A DNA stretch of 64,000 nucleotides from positions 120,404,001 through 120,468,000 of the forward strand of contig OX597818.1 in NCBI GenBank assembly GCA_951406725.2, given 5' to 3'. The DNA comes from Octopus vulgaris (lineage: Eukaryota). Below are positions 49,774 to 62,599 of this stretch, piece by piece. Under the pieces are notes generated by a model that did not search any database, was not told the DNA's origin, and saw only the letters and a list, made by a program, of their open reading frames with translations. Within the stretch, counting starts at the first letter, position 1, and each line of letters opens with the position of its first letter. A program made the position numbers and the translations under genes.

Positions 49774-52700
49774 AGCTGAAGATTGTAAATATTTTTTTTA
49801 TAGTCTTGGGCCAGATGTTCCTAAAGGCCCCAGGTATTTTGTTGTTGTTTACTACACCCAGGTCAGCTATGATTGAACAGCCCTGTGGTCTAAGATATCT
49901 GTTTTGTTTGTTTTTCAAATATAATGTATATCAAGCTACATAATGTAATGTGTATACCCATTCTTATGTTGGTATAGTAAGATTTAAAGGAAATATGGTT
50001 GTTCTTTTTTGCTAGTCAAATGGCATTAGCATTTGTAGCTCATGATCTGTGATGTCAGGTGTTATTAATCTGTCAAAATTCTAATGTCTTTAGTTCAGCT
50101 ATTTTACTTTTAAATGAAAATCTCTCTGCAATATCATGTTATAAAAAGCTTATCTATAAGCATTTTTTTTCCAAATCCATGTCACTTAAAATTCCATGGT
50201 GTATTACTGCTAGCATGCATTTCATAAGTTTAATGTCACTGCTCTAGATGTTTAACAATGATAAATTCTTCTGTGACAATTTGTTAAAACTATCCAGCTA
50301 TTCTTTGTTTTAGAGTTATTAATATGAAATTATAAAAATGTTGAGCATTGATGAAAGAATATTTGGGGAGTGATATATTTTTCAATCCTTTTAATATCTT
50401 CATCTGGGACTACCTGTAGTTCTGCAATACAAAGTATTTAATTTTAAAATGTTACTATCTAAATTAAAACCGTCTGTAACAATTCTATGTAATATACCTT
50501 TCATCATGTTCCAAAAAACAGTTTGATTATGAATTTTGCTTAATCCCTGCCAATTCTTGATTAATTTCAAAATAAATTGGTTTACGTAGTGTGTTATATT
50601 ACTAATATGGTTCTTACATTGTTTTTAAAAAACACTGCATAACAATAATGTAAAGAAACCAGAAGCTAGTGTTAGGTGAGTTTCTATCATTACATTCTGA
50701 CAAGATTCTATTGATTTTTTTTTCCAAACAAAATCATGGAAATATTTTGTAGGCTCTAAGCATTAGTTTCCTCAAAGGTAAATTCAGTCATGCTGCTAAG
50801 TGATATCTCCTTTCCCAAAGTGTGTTTTATTTTAACTCTGAACAATATTTTAGTCTGATAACTTCTTTTATGGCTGTATTTTTAATGAAATGCATCACAG
50901 TGATTTAGTGAAACAGTAAACATTTTCATTTTTAATCTGCTCTTTCAAATATAACATAAAAGGTTTTGACTTTAAATTATGATGGAAGATTATTAATTTA
51001 AATATGATCGTTTTAAAGCATGATGTAGTGTAACACAGAATCAGAGATTATCTCGGGCAATAGATTTCAATATTAATACAATTCCTAACCATTTTGTTTC
51101 ATTGATCACAATTTATAGCACAGCATTCTTCTGTGGAATTGATTTCTGATGTATGTATCAACACAAAGAAAAGAGTTTTATAATACATTGGTTTTATATC
51201 ATAATACTATGTTGATCCAATTTGCCTTTCATTTAGTATAGCTTTATATTGTTTCTTCATGGCATTAATGATTTCTGTGTATTCCTACTGCAGCTCACAG
51301 TGGGTCAACTTTAAATCCAAAATGGTTCATGTTTCATTTTCTGAGAATTACTACAGTTCTGTCCAATGGCCACCAACCTCAAATTTAGTTTAAGATTTGC
51401 TTGTGGTCAAATTTGAAATCTTTGTCAGAACTGTCTACTTAATCCTCACTTGAAAATGCTACGGATGTCAACTGCGTAGACTAATTGATAAAAAGAAAGT
51501 AATAAATAAAGTAATTAATAAAAATATAAAGTAATCTCTGCAAAAGGCTGTGATCAATATGTTGTCAGTTGGGAAACAACATATATTGAGATCCTGATCA
51601 ATGTTTTGTGCATGTTGTGTAGAACAATGAATTAATAATGGCTCTTAGTATTTGAAAATAACAATGATAATTTTTAACCAATATATGTTAGAGAGAGAGA
51701 GAGAGAGAGAGATATTGTTTTCATGATCATTTGGATATTTCTGGTAACATTTCTACTCCCTGGTAAATTAAAATTTAATTTATTGATTTGATAGAGATTG
51801 GCTCTTTTATGTACAAGAATCTGATCTTTGTGTGGAATGTGAACAACAGGTGTCAACACTTGACATTTTTATAGAGAATATCAAATGTAAATTGCCTCTT
51901 GCTGCTAATTGTTGTTAACCACCCCACCAATAAATAAATATATAAATAAATAAATAAAAGACTCAAAAACTGAGTTTGATAAAAAATTAATTCATCTTTG
52001 ATCAGTGAAATGCAAATATATGAATTAAAGAACTTATGACTGTTTTCATTGATGAAAAAAATAATGTAAAACATATCAATGGAAATAGTGGCGCATGCTA
52101 TAATCGAAGGTGTATAAGTTTGAGTTTTTATGTTATTGTTTTGTGTAGTCAGAGAAGCCTTTTGTTAAGGCAGTGATTCATTCAGCTTTTGACTTTCAAT
52201 TAAACTATTTCCATGAATTTTGTATTCAGAAAAAGAATTTGGCAACAAATTAATATGATTATATTATGAAATTTTAGAAATTAGTGTTTTTTTTAAAGGT
52301 CTTTTAAAGGCAGCTCATGCATCAAATAAAATTTCTTTTACAGTTGTATCACCAACATTTATGGGAAAATGGAATAGATTTTTTTTAGGGTTTCATTCAC
52401 CAAAATTGCACTTAAATTATTTTGTACCCCACTCTCACCAATGTTATATGATCTTTTAAACTCAGAAGCAATGTTTAATGATTGATATATGAACTTTCAA
52501 GGGAAGAATGACCCACCCCTTTAAGGAAACTGTTACTTTATTTATTATTATTATTGTTATTATAAGGCCTGAAATCTAGGGAGAAGGTGGAAGTCAATTA
52601 CATTGAGATTAAGTACTCAACTGGTACTTAATTTATCAATCTTAAAAGAAACCTGCTGTGCATACATATCTATATCTGAGTGCATGTATGTGTACCCTTG

Positions 52701-52997
52701 TCTTGATATCACGTGATGGTTGAAAATGCACTCAACTCCTCATGCAAGTGATGTTTGTTTCTAGTCTTCCATGCTAACTTCCATGCTAAAATATTACTTT
52801 GTTTGGAAGTAGATGATGGGTTGGTGACAGCAAAAAATTCCATCTGACCTATGCAAGTCTGGAAACGTGGATGTTAAATAATAATGATAATGGAGGAAAA
52901 TTTGCTCTTCATCCTTCTGATTTTTATTAAAACAAGCACCAGACATGCAAAGGGTTTGATTTAACCACCTGATAACTTCTCCAGGTATGTGATCTTG

Positions 52998-53231
52998 ATA
53001 AGGCAGCGAGCTGGTAGAATCGTTAGCATGCCGGGCGAAATGTTAAGCAGTATTTCGTCTGCCTCTACGTTCTGAGTTCAAATTCCGCCGAGGTCGACTT
53101 TGCCTTTCATCCTTTCGGGGTTGATTAAATAAGTACCAGTTATGCACTGGGGTTGATATAATCGACTTAATCCGTTTGTCTGTCCTTGTTTGTCCCCTCT
53201 ATGTTTAGCCCCTTGTGGGTAGTAAAGAAAT
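52998..53231 (+). mobile_element. SINE family A
   Basis: Full length with perfect 15-bp TSD AGGTATGTGATCTTG (52983-97 and 53232-46). Confidence 0.92.
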
Positions 53232-54009
53232 AGGTATGTGATCTTGTGTAATTGTAAGAAAACATGCCAACAGTCAAATTAATGAGTTGGCTTTGTGAGG
53301 TTCAGGGGTATAGATGGAGAATTTAATTGTTAGAGGTTCTAATTGAGAATGGTAATTGAGATACACCAGTTCCTTAATTATTTTCCTGTTTTCATTTGAA
53401 ATTTTAGCTTTGATAAAACTGATTCAACTTATAGCGGGAGAAGAAATTTACCACACTCCCGCCAAAAAAAATTACTATGAAAAGAGAACTAACATGATGA
53501 ATAATAAAAATATGGTTTCATTAAAAGAAAAGGAAAATAATTAGAATTTGAATCAAATTCAATTTTAGTTTGTTTAGAAAAAAAGTTAGTTTTGTGTCTA
53601 TGAAATTTTAAATAAAAAGACAAATTTTTAAAAATATTTTATTCAAATGAAACAAAATCTTTAGAAATCGCTTCTCTCTTAAGGCATCATATCAGTCAAC
53701 CATAAACATACTTAGTCTCACGTCATGGCTCATTAAAGACCTGTTTACTGATCTGTAAAATATGTCATGTATCATTTCACAGTATAGGAGTTGGGGTTTT
53801 ACTATGTAGTCTCTTGATTTGTTAATGATAGCAGCCAAATTTCCCCTCCTATCATCCTCAATCATTTTAAGAAAAATAGACCTGCATTCTGGATAAGGTA
53901 GTCTTGTATGCATTATTATACCTTAAATTAAGAAAGGATAATCTTTTTATGAGTGTCTTTCAGTATAGAACCACACAAAGGTAACCTGTACTTTTCGAAT
54001 TTACATATC

Positions 54010-54206
54010 TCTCCTATCTTTCTCTTCCCTACATCTTTCCCTCTCCTTTTCTCTGCTTCTTTTGTTCTATACCTCTCTGTGTATCTCTCTATCTCTCTCT
54101 ATATTTCTCTGTCTCTCTCTGCATTTCCCCATCTCTCTCGGCATCTCCCCCTGCATCTCCCCATCTTTCTGCATCTCCCCTGTCTCTCTTTCTGCATCAC
54201 CCCGTC

Positions 54207-54255
<49 letters not shown>

Positions 54256-54570
54256 CTCCCCGTCTCTCTCTTTGTATCTCTCTGTCTGTCTGTCTCTCTC
54301 TGTTTCTCTCTTTCTCTGTACCTGCACGTCCCCCTCTCTCTCTCTTTGTATCTCTCTGTCTGTCTGTCTCTCTCTGTATCTCTCCGTCTCTCTCTCTATC
54401 TCTCCGTCTCTCTCTCTCTCTCTCTCTCTGTATCTCTCTCTGTGTATCTCTCCTTCTCTCTCTCTCTGTATCTCTCCATCTCTCTGTATCTCTCCATCTC
54501 TCTCCCTCTCTGTATCTCTCTGTCTCTCCCCCTTTCTCTCTCTCCCCCTCTCCCTGTTTCTCTCCTATGA
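54010..54570. repeat. Long (CT)-rich polypyrimidine low-complexity tract
   Basis: ~560 bp of (CT)n with TGTATCTCTC variants, plus a further (CT)n(CA)n at ~54700-54780. Confidence 0.92.
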
Positions 54571-54696
54571 GAAGCTAATCAGTTCTTAATTTTCACTGTT
54601 GAATCTCAATCTAATATCACCTCAAACAATCACCTCACCTCTCCACACAAATACAATGTTTGCACTAACACATTCACTGTAACAGACATACCTACT

Positions 54697-54736
<40 letters not shown>

Positions 54737-54738
54737 CC

Positions 54739-54769
<31 letters not shown>

Positions 54770-55204
54770 CCACACCCACCATAATTAAGACAGAAGTGAC
54801 AAGCTGGTCTACTTTCTTCCCTTATGGCAGCAGGCCAGACTTTAACAGTTCTTTGTCTATTCTAGTCTTCAATGCCTCTGCCTTCCCACCATCAGGCTTT
54901 CCTGCATCATCATTGTTCTCTTTCCTATCTACATCACTTATTCTTTACAATTCTTCACCCATGACCCTCCAGCATATTCACCTCCCCGCCACCATAATCT
55001 TTCTACTCCAGTTTTGCATCAAATTATTAAATATAGCCACCCGCTTCAACCACCTTTAACTCTTTCCATACCAATCAAACTGAGACCTGGCCGTACTTAA
55101 GTGTTCATATTTTAATTAAAATCTCAATCAAAATCTCATAACATGAAAATTCATTTGGTTAACATCAACATAGAAATCATTATTAAATGGACATTTGAAA
55201 AGAT

Positions 55205-55267
55205 TATCGTACCTCTGCCTTAGCGAAGGCGGAGGTATTATTTTCAGTCATGTTCATTTGTTTGTTT

Positions 55268-55299
<32 letters not shown>

Positions 55300-55690
55300 A
55301 TTTGGCTCAAAAGCAAATAGCAAGGCCATGTAGGGGGACATGGAGTTAAGTACAGGGTGGTGTTCATGTAAAGAGTTCAGGCCACTTGAGGTCAAGGGAG
55401 GCATTGAACAAAGCGGTTTGTTTACCCATGGACAAGATATCTCAAGAATCACTGGATGGATTCAGATGCAACTTTCAGGGATGTTTGGCCTCATGACTGG
55501 CACAAACTGATTAGATTTTGGGATTGATCGGGTACCAGACAAGGATTCTGGATTATTTGTTATATTTACTTTACATGAAGTATTACGATCTTATGTTAAC
55601 TTTCAAATCGTTCTCTGATTATCTCCCTTGAAAGCATGCTCATGGTTTCCATGTAAGTTATGGTAGCGTTCATTTCGTTTATGTCTTTCA
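55205..55690 (+). mobile_element. Helentron-associated (HINE/DINE-like) non-autonomous element, interrupted at ~55270-55415
   Basis: 5' hairpin TACCTCTGCC-ttagcgaa-GGCGGAGGTA, a (GTTT)n tract, then 'gatatctcaagaatcactggatggatt...actttcaggg', an architecture typical of such elements. Confidence 0.55.
55270..55415 (-). mobile_element. Short 5'-truncated retroposon 3' end with (TAAC)n tail
   Basis: A (TTAG)n array abuts ~115 bp of foreign sequence inserted within the (GTTT)n tract of the host element. Confidence 0.5.
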
Positions 55691-55697
55691 AATTGTT

Positions 55698-56010
55698 CTA
55701 TGTCAGTTTTGATGGTGTGATGCCATGCTGTTCTATCTTCTGTGTGTTGCTCCCAGGATTTAGGGGGTCAATGTTAGTGCTTTTCATTCTCCGTTTCAGT
55801 TGGTTTTTGTAACATAGCATGGGATGCTCATATATTTTCTTTCTAGTGCTGAGTTCGCTGCAGAGAATTTGATGTAGCAGTCTGGTGCCCTTCATGCAGT
55901 GGGCATGACCTGCTCGTCTGAGGCAATGTTTGGGGATGACAGCCTCAGTGTTGTTGACTTTGGCCCATTCAAGGACTGCAAGGTTGCTTGACATGGTTAT
56001 CCCATTTGAT
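55698..56010 (-). mobile_element. Degenerate RTE/BovB-type LINE ORF2 C-terminal fragment
   Basis: ORF VLEWAKVNNTEAVIPKHCLRRAGHAHCMKGTRLLHQILCSEL...YKNQLKRRMKSTNIDP resembles the RTE pattern VLERA...LRWAGHVxRM...RLPKQLLYGEL...RYKDQLK. Confidence 0.72.
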
Positions 56011-56187
56011 GTTCATAATTGATCAGTTTTTGTTGGGGGAATTTTAGGAAATCAAAGACTGCGAGATCTAGAGTTTATGAAGTTTATTGAAGGTTTTGTT
56101 TAGGAATAGATACTATTGTGTTTTGTATTTCTCTGATATGTGTTAATACATGTATTAGAACTACTGAAACATCATTGTCGTCATCAT

Positions 56188-56416
56188 TTAACCCTTTCGT
56201 TACCAACCCGGCTGAAACTGGCTTTGGCTCTGAGTACAAATGTCTTGTTTTCATAAGTTTTGAATTAAAATCTTCCACCAAACCTTAGTCACAATTTATG
56301 TTCCTGACACTAGCTTAATGATAACTAAGTTATTTTACTAAATTCTTTGTTATATTTAAAATTAATTGAAAGAAACACTGAGTATCTCAAAATAAATACA
56401 GTAACGAAAGAGTTAA
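56188..56416. mobile_element. piggyBac-like MITE (family D) inserted into the TTAA of a family-C SINE tail
   Basis: TTAACCCTTTCGTTACC...GTAACGAAAGAGTTAA. The flanks rejoin to catcatTTAAtgtctgctttccatgc, the family-C 3' end. Confidence 0.88.
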
Positions 56417-57669
56417 TGTCTGCTTTCCATGCTGGAATGTGTTGGATGGCTTGACAAGAGCTGGTAAGACTGGAAGCTGCACCAAGCTCCATTTCTGTTT
56501 TGGCAGGTTTTCTTTGGCTAACCCTAACTCTTTCTAATCACAACCACTGTATTGAATGTACTGAGTGCTTTTTATGTGGTATCAGCACTAGTGCTAGGAT
56601 ATTTTCATTGTCTTTGTTGATTGATTCACATGTGTGTTTCACTGGGATTTACAATATGTTGGCTGTTTATGCAAAAGAGGAAGAGTGTACAAAAGCCCTG
56701 CTGCATATCAGATAAAAGGATATGGATTATAGAGGGTCTCACCGACATATTGTATTGAAGTAGTCTAGTAGAGACCTTCTAATCCCAGAGGTGGGTGGGT
56801 TCTACATGTGAGCAACTTGGTTTGAAGCTTCTCATAATGAATATGGTCAAAGGCTTTGCAGATGTCAAGTGTAATAACATTGCTTTTGATAAAGTTCTCA
56901 AAAGCTAGAAACCACTAGTGTGTAATTTCCTGTGGAGACAGAAATTTCAATAATTTGGTTGTCAGACATAAACTCTCCCTTTCTGTTCATTCTTTTCTCT
57001 TTCTCCATTAACTTCTCTCCCCATTGATCTTTCTCTCTTTCTCCCTCCAGTTTTAATGTCAAAATTAATTTAGAGACAACCCAAATTAGAATTAGCATGT
57101 TTTACACATTCATACTTTGTTTCCTCAGTCTATACTAATGAGAATGTTATTTGAAATTAATTTTATTAAATCAAAATAAAGAAAAAAGTCTTCATGAACT
57201 AAAATAAAATTTGCAAATTTGAATCAAAATCAAAGTAATAATTATAGCAGTGGTGGTGGTGGTGGTAATGAAATCTAGAATTTGGGGGAAGAGTATAGCG
57301 AATTATATTGGTCCCAGAATTTCACTGGTACTTTAGTTTCGTCATTATCAAACGTCCATTTTTCCATGCTGGTACGAGTTGGATGGTTTGACAGGAGCTG
57401 GAAAGCCAGATAGCTGCACTAAGCTCTAATAGTCTGCTATGGCAGGGTTTCAACACCTGGATGTCTTTCCTAATGCCAACCACTTTACAGAGTGTACTGG
57501 GTGCTTTTTATGTGGCATCAGCACAGATACTTTTTAGTGTCAAATTTTGGCACAAGGCCACCAATTTTGAGACGAAGGGGAAATTATTTACAATGAACCC
57601 AATGCTCAGCTGGTACCTTTTTTTATTGACCCTGAAAGGAAAAGTCAACCTCAGTGGAATTTGAACTTT

Positions 57670-58212
57670 GTGATCGAGACCTTTGGTGATGTGCTGTGCT
57701 TCAGAGGACCCGTCAAGCCGAGTGAAATCATAGTCATGGTAACTGTCACCCATGCTACTGATGCATAAAGAACACCTTTCAAGCATTGGGCATCCTGGAG
57801 GTAAAGTGGCTGAGTTCCTTTTGAGCGTTGGGCCTCATGGAAGCCAAGTGACTGAGTTCCTTTCCAGTATTGGGCCTCATGGAGGCAATGACCGAGACCT
57901 TTGGCATTATGTTGTGCTTGAGAAGACCGATCAAGCCAAGCAAATTTGCATCATGGCAGATACTGGTGTCATGCAAATGGCATTCATACCAGTGGCATGT
58001 AAAAGCACTCCGGTATCATGTCAATGGCACCTGTACCAGTGACATATAAAAGCACCTGTTACACACTCGGAGTGATTTGTACTAGGAAGGGTATCCAGCC
58101 ATAGAAAACCATTCCAAATCAGACTGGAGTACGGTACAGCCTTCCAGTGTGCCAGCTTGGTCAAACCGTCCAACCCATGCCAGCGTTGACAATGGGCGTT
58201 AAATGATGATGA
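57670..58212 (+). mobile_element. Long family-C variant with 3 units of the 42-bp array
   Basis: Colinear with 35460-36260, anchors at 57788, 57830 and 57872. Confidence 0.75.
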
Positions 58213-58719
58213 ATGTAAAGTGCCAAAAGAAACACAACATAAACACTTTGTCCAATGCATAAATGGTTCTGTTAGCACTTTACCATAATAATAATAATAA
58301 TAATAATAATAAAGATAATAATTATGTAAAACTGAAGTTTGATTAAAATTGTAGTTTTAATACCAATTATGAAAGGTTTTTATTTATTTGCAACAGTTAT
58401 TTTGATATTTTTTACATTTTTTAAAATCCATAATATTCCAGTTGCTAATTTTAAGAGAATATATTCCACCCCACCCCCCCAAAAAAACTAATGGTAATGA
58501 TATTGCTGTTTAATATCAGGTCAGCCATGAACAATGAGATATATAACCAAATGTGTGCTACCCTATGATCAGCTCATTTCATTCCCGTTTGCATTTATTA
58601 TTATTTTTTTTTTTTTGCAAGTTTATACGTCCTTTTATTTAAGCTGGTAGAGTGTGACATAAGAGATTTGGCTACTATTTCTAGCTGATCCAGTAACTAC
58701 ATTGAGGCTTACTTGTTGG

Positions 58720-58970
58720 GTTTGTTGGTTATACTGTTGAAAGTGATGATGTTTGTGATGATGGTTTCGATGTTTTTGCGGATGATGGTGAAGTTGGTGG
58801 AGAAGCTGGTGATGATGGTAGTTATAATGATGGTGAAGTTTGTGATGATGATAATGGTGGTGACATGATGACTGGTGATTATGATGATGGTAGTGGTGAT
58901 ACTGATGTTTATGATGAGAATAATTTGTATAATAATAATAATAATGATCATAATAATAACAATGATAATG
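58720..58970. repeat. Degenerate trinucleotide (GAT/GGT/AAT)n tract
   Basis: Direct inspection. A similar tract lies at 23820-24005. Confidence 0.85.
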
Positions 58971-59179
58971 TTTTCTTTATTGGCTACAAGGGTCAAACAC
59001 AACACAATACAACACAAGGGGCAAGTGGGGTTTAGTACAATGTTGTATAAAAAAAATAATTAACAATAACAATTAATAAAATCAAACCATAAAACTCCCC
59101 CAAAATGGTAAGTTTATCCCAGAGGGATAACCAAGGAACCCCACACATCCTGGTTACCCTGATTGCCAAGTGCACCTTG

Positions 59180-59640
59180 GTTTCAAATTTTGGCACAAGG
59201 CCAGCAGTTGAGAGGTGGGAGGAGTTAAGTCAATTAGATCAACCCCAGTGTTTTAACTGGTACTCATTTTATCAACCCCAAGAGGATGAAAGGCAAAGTC
59301 GACCTCAGTGGAATTCGAACTCAGAGCATAAAGACACCCCAAATGCCTCTAAGAAATTTTGTTTGGCATGCTAAGGATTCTACTAGCTCATAATAATGAT
59401 ATTATTATTATTATTATTATTATTATCCTGTCTATTAAAAGCACAAGGCCTGAAATTTTGTGCGAGGGGACTAGTTGATTACATCAGCCCTCCAGTTTTT
59501 CACTGATGCTTAATTTATCGACCCTGAAAGGATGAAAGATAGCCAACCTTGGCAGAATTTGAACTCAGAGCATAAAGATGGGTGAAATGCTACTAAGCAT
59601 TTTTCCTGGCATGCTAACTACTCCGCCAGCTCATCGCCAT
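59180..59640 (-). mobile_element. Two degenerate family-A-variant SINEs just upstream of the Tweety exon
   Basis: Two central blocks 'aggatgaaag(g)caaagtcgacctc...gaactcagag' separated by (TAT)n. A further copy lies at ~60525-60700. Confidence 0.7.
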
Positions 59641-59749
59641 AATAATAATAATAATAATAATGGTTATCATAATGCTAATTCCTTGATAACAAAGTAATTT
59701 TTACATTAATTTTATAATTAATCTAAATGCATTTTTGTTGTTTTTACAG

Positions 59750-59910
59750 ACACTGCTGTTTTGGACTGGAGTATTTGTCGGATGGGCTGTTATTATCCAG
59801 CTGTTGATGTTTTTATACATCTGTTGCATTTGTTGCAAGAAGAAAAAGAAGAAGCATCGGGAAGTAAAGTGTATACGATGTTTCATGGCAATTTTCATAT
59901 TTGTTTGCGC
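59750..59910 (+). CDS. tty: Tweety-family (TTYH) protein, internal coding exon (equivalent to exon 2: TM1, Cys/basic loop, start of TM2)
   Basis: Acceptor ttgttgtttttacAG at 59748-49, donor GTAAGT at 59911. 161 nt, phase 0 to phase 2, no stops: TLLFWTGVFVGWAVIIQLLMFLYICCICCKKKKKKHREVKCIRCFMAIFIFVC(A). The hydrophobic helix, Cys cluster and second helix resemble TTYH 'SLLFL...CCC...' exon 2. It splices in frame to the exon at 62457. Confidence 0.9.
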
Positions 59911-61711
59911 GTAAGTTGTTCATTTTCCCTGTTCTTCTTTGTTACTTACTTCCCAAAATAGAAGATAAATTGTTGGTTTAAAAATTTTCCCTTATTTTAT
60001 TTTGTTGTGTCTGGGGAAAGTCATTTTCTTTTTGTGCCTTATAATATAACACACTCACCGGTAAAATTTCCACTTTTTTCTTATTTTTATTTTTAATCAT
60101 TTTTATTTATATTTATTTATTTATTTATCTTTTGAGTCCTAGGACTTTTAAAGTTGGTTGCTTGGTTTTCATGGTACATCAATGAGACCTAGATTACAAC
60201 ATTCCTCCTGAATGGGATGCTGGTCTGTTGCAGGATTCAGGCCCAGCAATTTTGAGGGTTGTGCCAGTCCGGCTCCTGTGCCAGTAGCATGTATAAAGCA
60301 CACTCTGAACATGGTTGATGCTAGTGCCGCCTGACTGGCTCACATGCCAGTGGCATGTAAAAAGCATCCACTTCACACTTGGAGTAGTTGGCATTAGGAA
60401 AGGCATCCAGCTGTAGAAACCTTGCCAGATCAGATTGGAGCCTGGTGCAGCCTACTGGCTTGCCAGTCCCTGGTCAAACCGTCCAACCCATGCCAGCATG
60501 GAAAATGTATTGATGATGATGATAAGTCCATAACATTGACCCCCCTCTCTTAAGTACTCAACTGATACTTTATTTTATCAGCTCCAAAGGGAGGAAAGGC
60601 AAAATTGACCATGGCAGGATTTGAACACAGAATGTAAAGCACCAAAAGAAATACCATTAAGCAATTTTGTCTAACATTTCCGCCAACTCACTGTCTTACA
60701 ATGCCAGGTTACAATTAATCAGAAAGACAGGCGTTATCTATCATCATAAAACTAATGGATATGAGAACATAAAATTTTGAAAATATATTTGTATTTCTTA
60801 AATACCTTTCTCCTTGTCAGGAATGGAAATGTTTAGATATTCATTTTTTTTTTGTCTTTTCTGTCTAGAAGAATAATTTCCAAAAACCATAATATAAATT
60901 CCTTGTAGATTCATTAAATTCTTTGTTTTTAACTGAAATGATGTTGAAGGTTCTACTATGGATTACCAGAAATTTGTTGCAATATTTTTCTAAATATTGA
61001 AGGGCCAACAGTTTTTGCAGATTTTATTCCTTTGATTTCAATCTTTGTTTCAGTTTTGAATACATTAAAGTATGTAATAAAATAACCTTGTTGTTATTAA
61101 GCTGGTGTTAGGAACATATTATCATGGAATTTTGATTAGAAGTTTTAATTTAGATAACTTTAAGACATATTTGTCTTGGTTAGGTTACTATTAAAAGAGT
61201 TAATCAGAGGAGGAACAGTGGCACCTATGATCTCTTGTAGGTCTTTTAAGACTGGTAGGAAAAAGGGAGAGACAAAAACCAAACCATAACATCTGGGTTC
61301 TTGTGAGACAGAGAGCAAGCAATGTGTCAGAGTATCAAGTTATTCATATACTAGAGGACTGGTCTCATTTTCTGGAAGAGAATACATGCCTCTTACTCAA
61401 GTGTGTTAAACCTGGCACTGGATTAAGTCTACCATACAAGAACTTGTACAGTTCGTCCAATGTATGCATCCACATAATTTTAGTTTACCTAGTTTCATTT
61501 ACAAGGTTTGAGTTGGCCTCTGGCTATGGTAGAAGACACTTGCCCAAAGAGCAAAGGGAAGGATCATGCTTTGATTTACAAGCTGCCAAAGAAACTTCTT
61601 AACTGTTGTGTTAAATATTAAGTCTTAATCTTCCCATGGATAATATAATTACTGGTCTTTCTCCATGATATTTCGATTTGTAGCAGTAAGTTGATGCATC
61701 ATTTGTGAATT

Positions 61712-61944
61712 CTTATTTCTTTATTGCCCACAAGGGGCTAAACATAAAGGGGACAAACAAGGATAGATAAAGGTATTAAGTCGATTACATTGACCCCAGT
61801 GCGTAACTAATACTTAATTTATCTACCCTGAAAGGATGAAAGGCAAAGTCGACCTCGGTGGAATTTGAACTCAGAACGTAAAGACAGACGAAATACTGCA
61901 AAGCATTTCGCTCAGCATGCTAACGTTTCTGCCAGTTCACCACC
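61712..61944 (-). mobile_element. SINE family A in the Tweety intron
   Basis: Full length with TSD TTTGTGAATTCT. Confidence 0.88.
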
Positions 61945-62456
61945 TTTGTGAATTCTGCAACACTGTTACTACTTATAACACATATGGTACTTTGTTAAAG
62001 CCACACAGATTTCGGTGTCATAGTCCTGCTACAAACTGCTTATCTCTTGTGTAGTGGTTCAGAGCCTTGTCATTCTAGATATTATTATTCTTACTCACCA
62101 TTCAAGCGTGATTGTTACCAGCGTCGCCTTACTGGCAGTGAATAAACATTTGAGCGAGGGAGGTCGTTGTCAGTGCCGCTGGACGGGCTCCTGTGCAAGT
62201 GGCCTGTGAAAAACACCATTTAAGCATGGCCATTGTCAGTACCGCCTGACTAGCCCTTATGCCAGTGGCACATAAAAGCATCCACTACACTCTCGGAGTG
62301 GTTGGCGTTAAGAAGAGCATCCAGCTGCTTTTCATCTGCACCTCTTTTAAATAAGACTTATTCTTTTATATTGTTAAAATAATTGTTTTTCAAAGACCCC
62401 ATTTGTATTCTCTCTTCCCAAATGATTAATCAAATTCTACTTTTTCTCGTTTCCAG

Positions 62457-62568
62457 GGGTTCTCTTGCTGTTGGTTTCTATGGTAATGAAGAGACAAACC
62501 GAGGAATGACTAAATTCATAACCCACTTAAAATCCACAACTGGTACAATCCGTGGCTCCCTATCTACA
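62457..62568 (+). CDS. tty: Tweety-family (TTYH) protein, next coding exon (end of TM2 and start of extracellular domain)
   Basis: Acceptor tttttctcgtttccAG at 62455-56, donor GTAAGT at 62569. 112 nt, phase 2 to phase 0: (A)GSLAVGFYGNEETNRGMTKFITHLKSTTGTIRGSLST, which carries the Tweety signature GFYGNxETxxG. Confidence 0.93.
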
Positions 62569-62599
62569 GTAAGTTGCCATTGCTCTCATCTTGTAATTT

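Noticed and set aside
53953-54589. Longest ORFs in the track (205 and 175 aa, Leu/Ser-rich)
   Set aside because: They are translations of a (CT)n tract that lacks stop codons by composition.
58709-59063. Ile/Thr/Met-rich ORFs
   Set aside because: They are translations of trinucleotide microsatellites.
59761-59961. ORF MDWSICRMGCYY...
   Set aside because: It is the wrong frame of the Tweety exon. The spliced frame beginning at 59750 is the one with family similarity.
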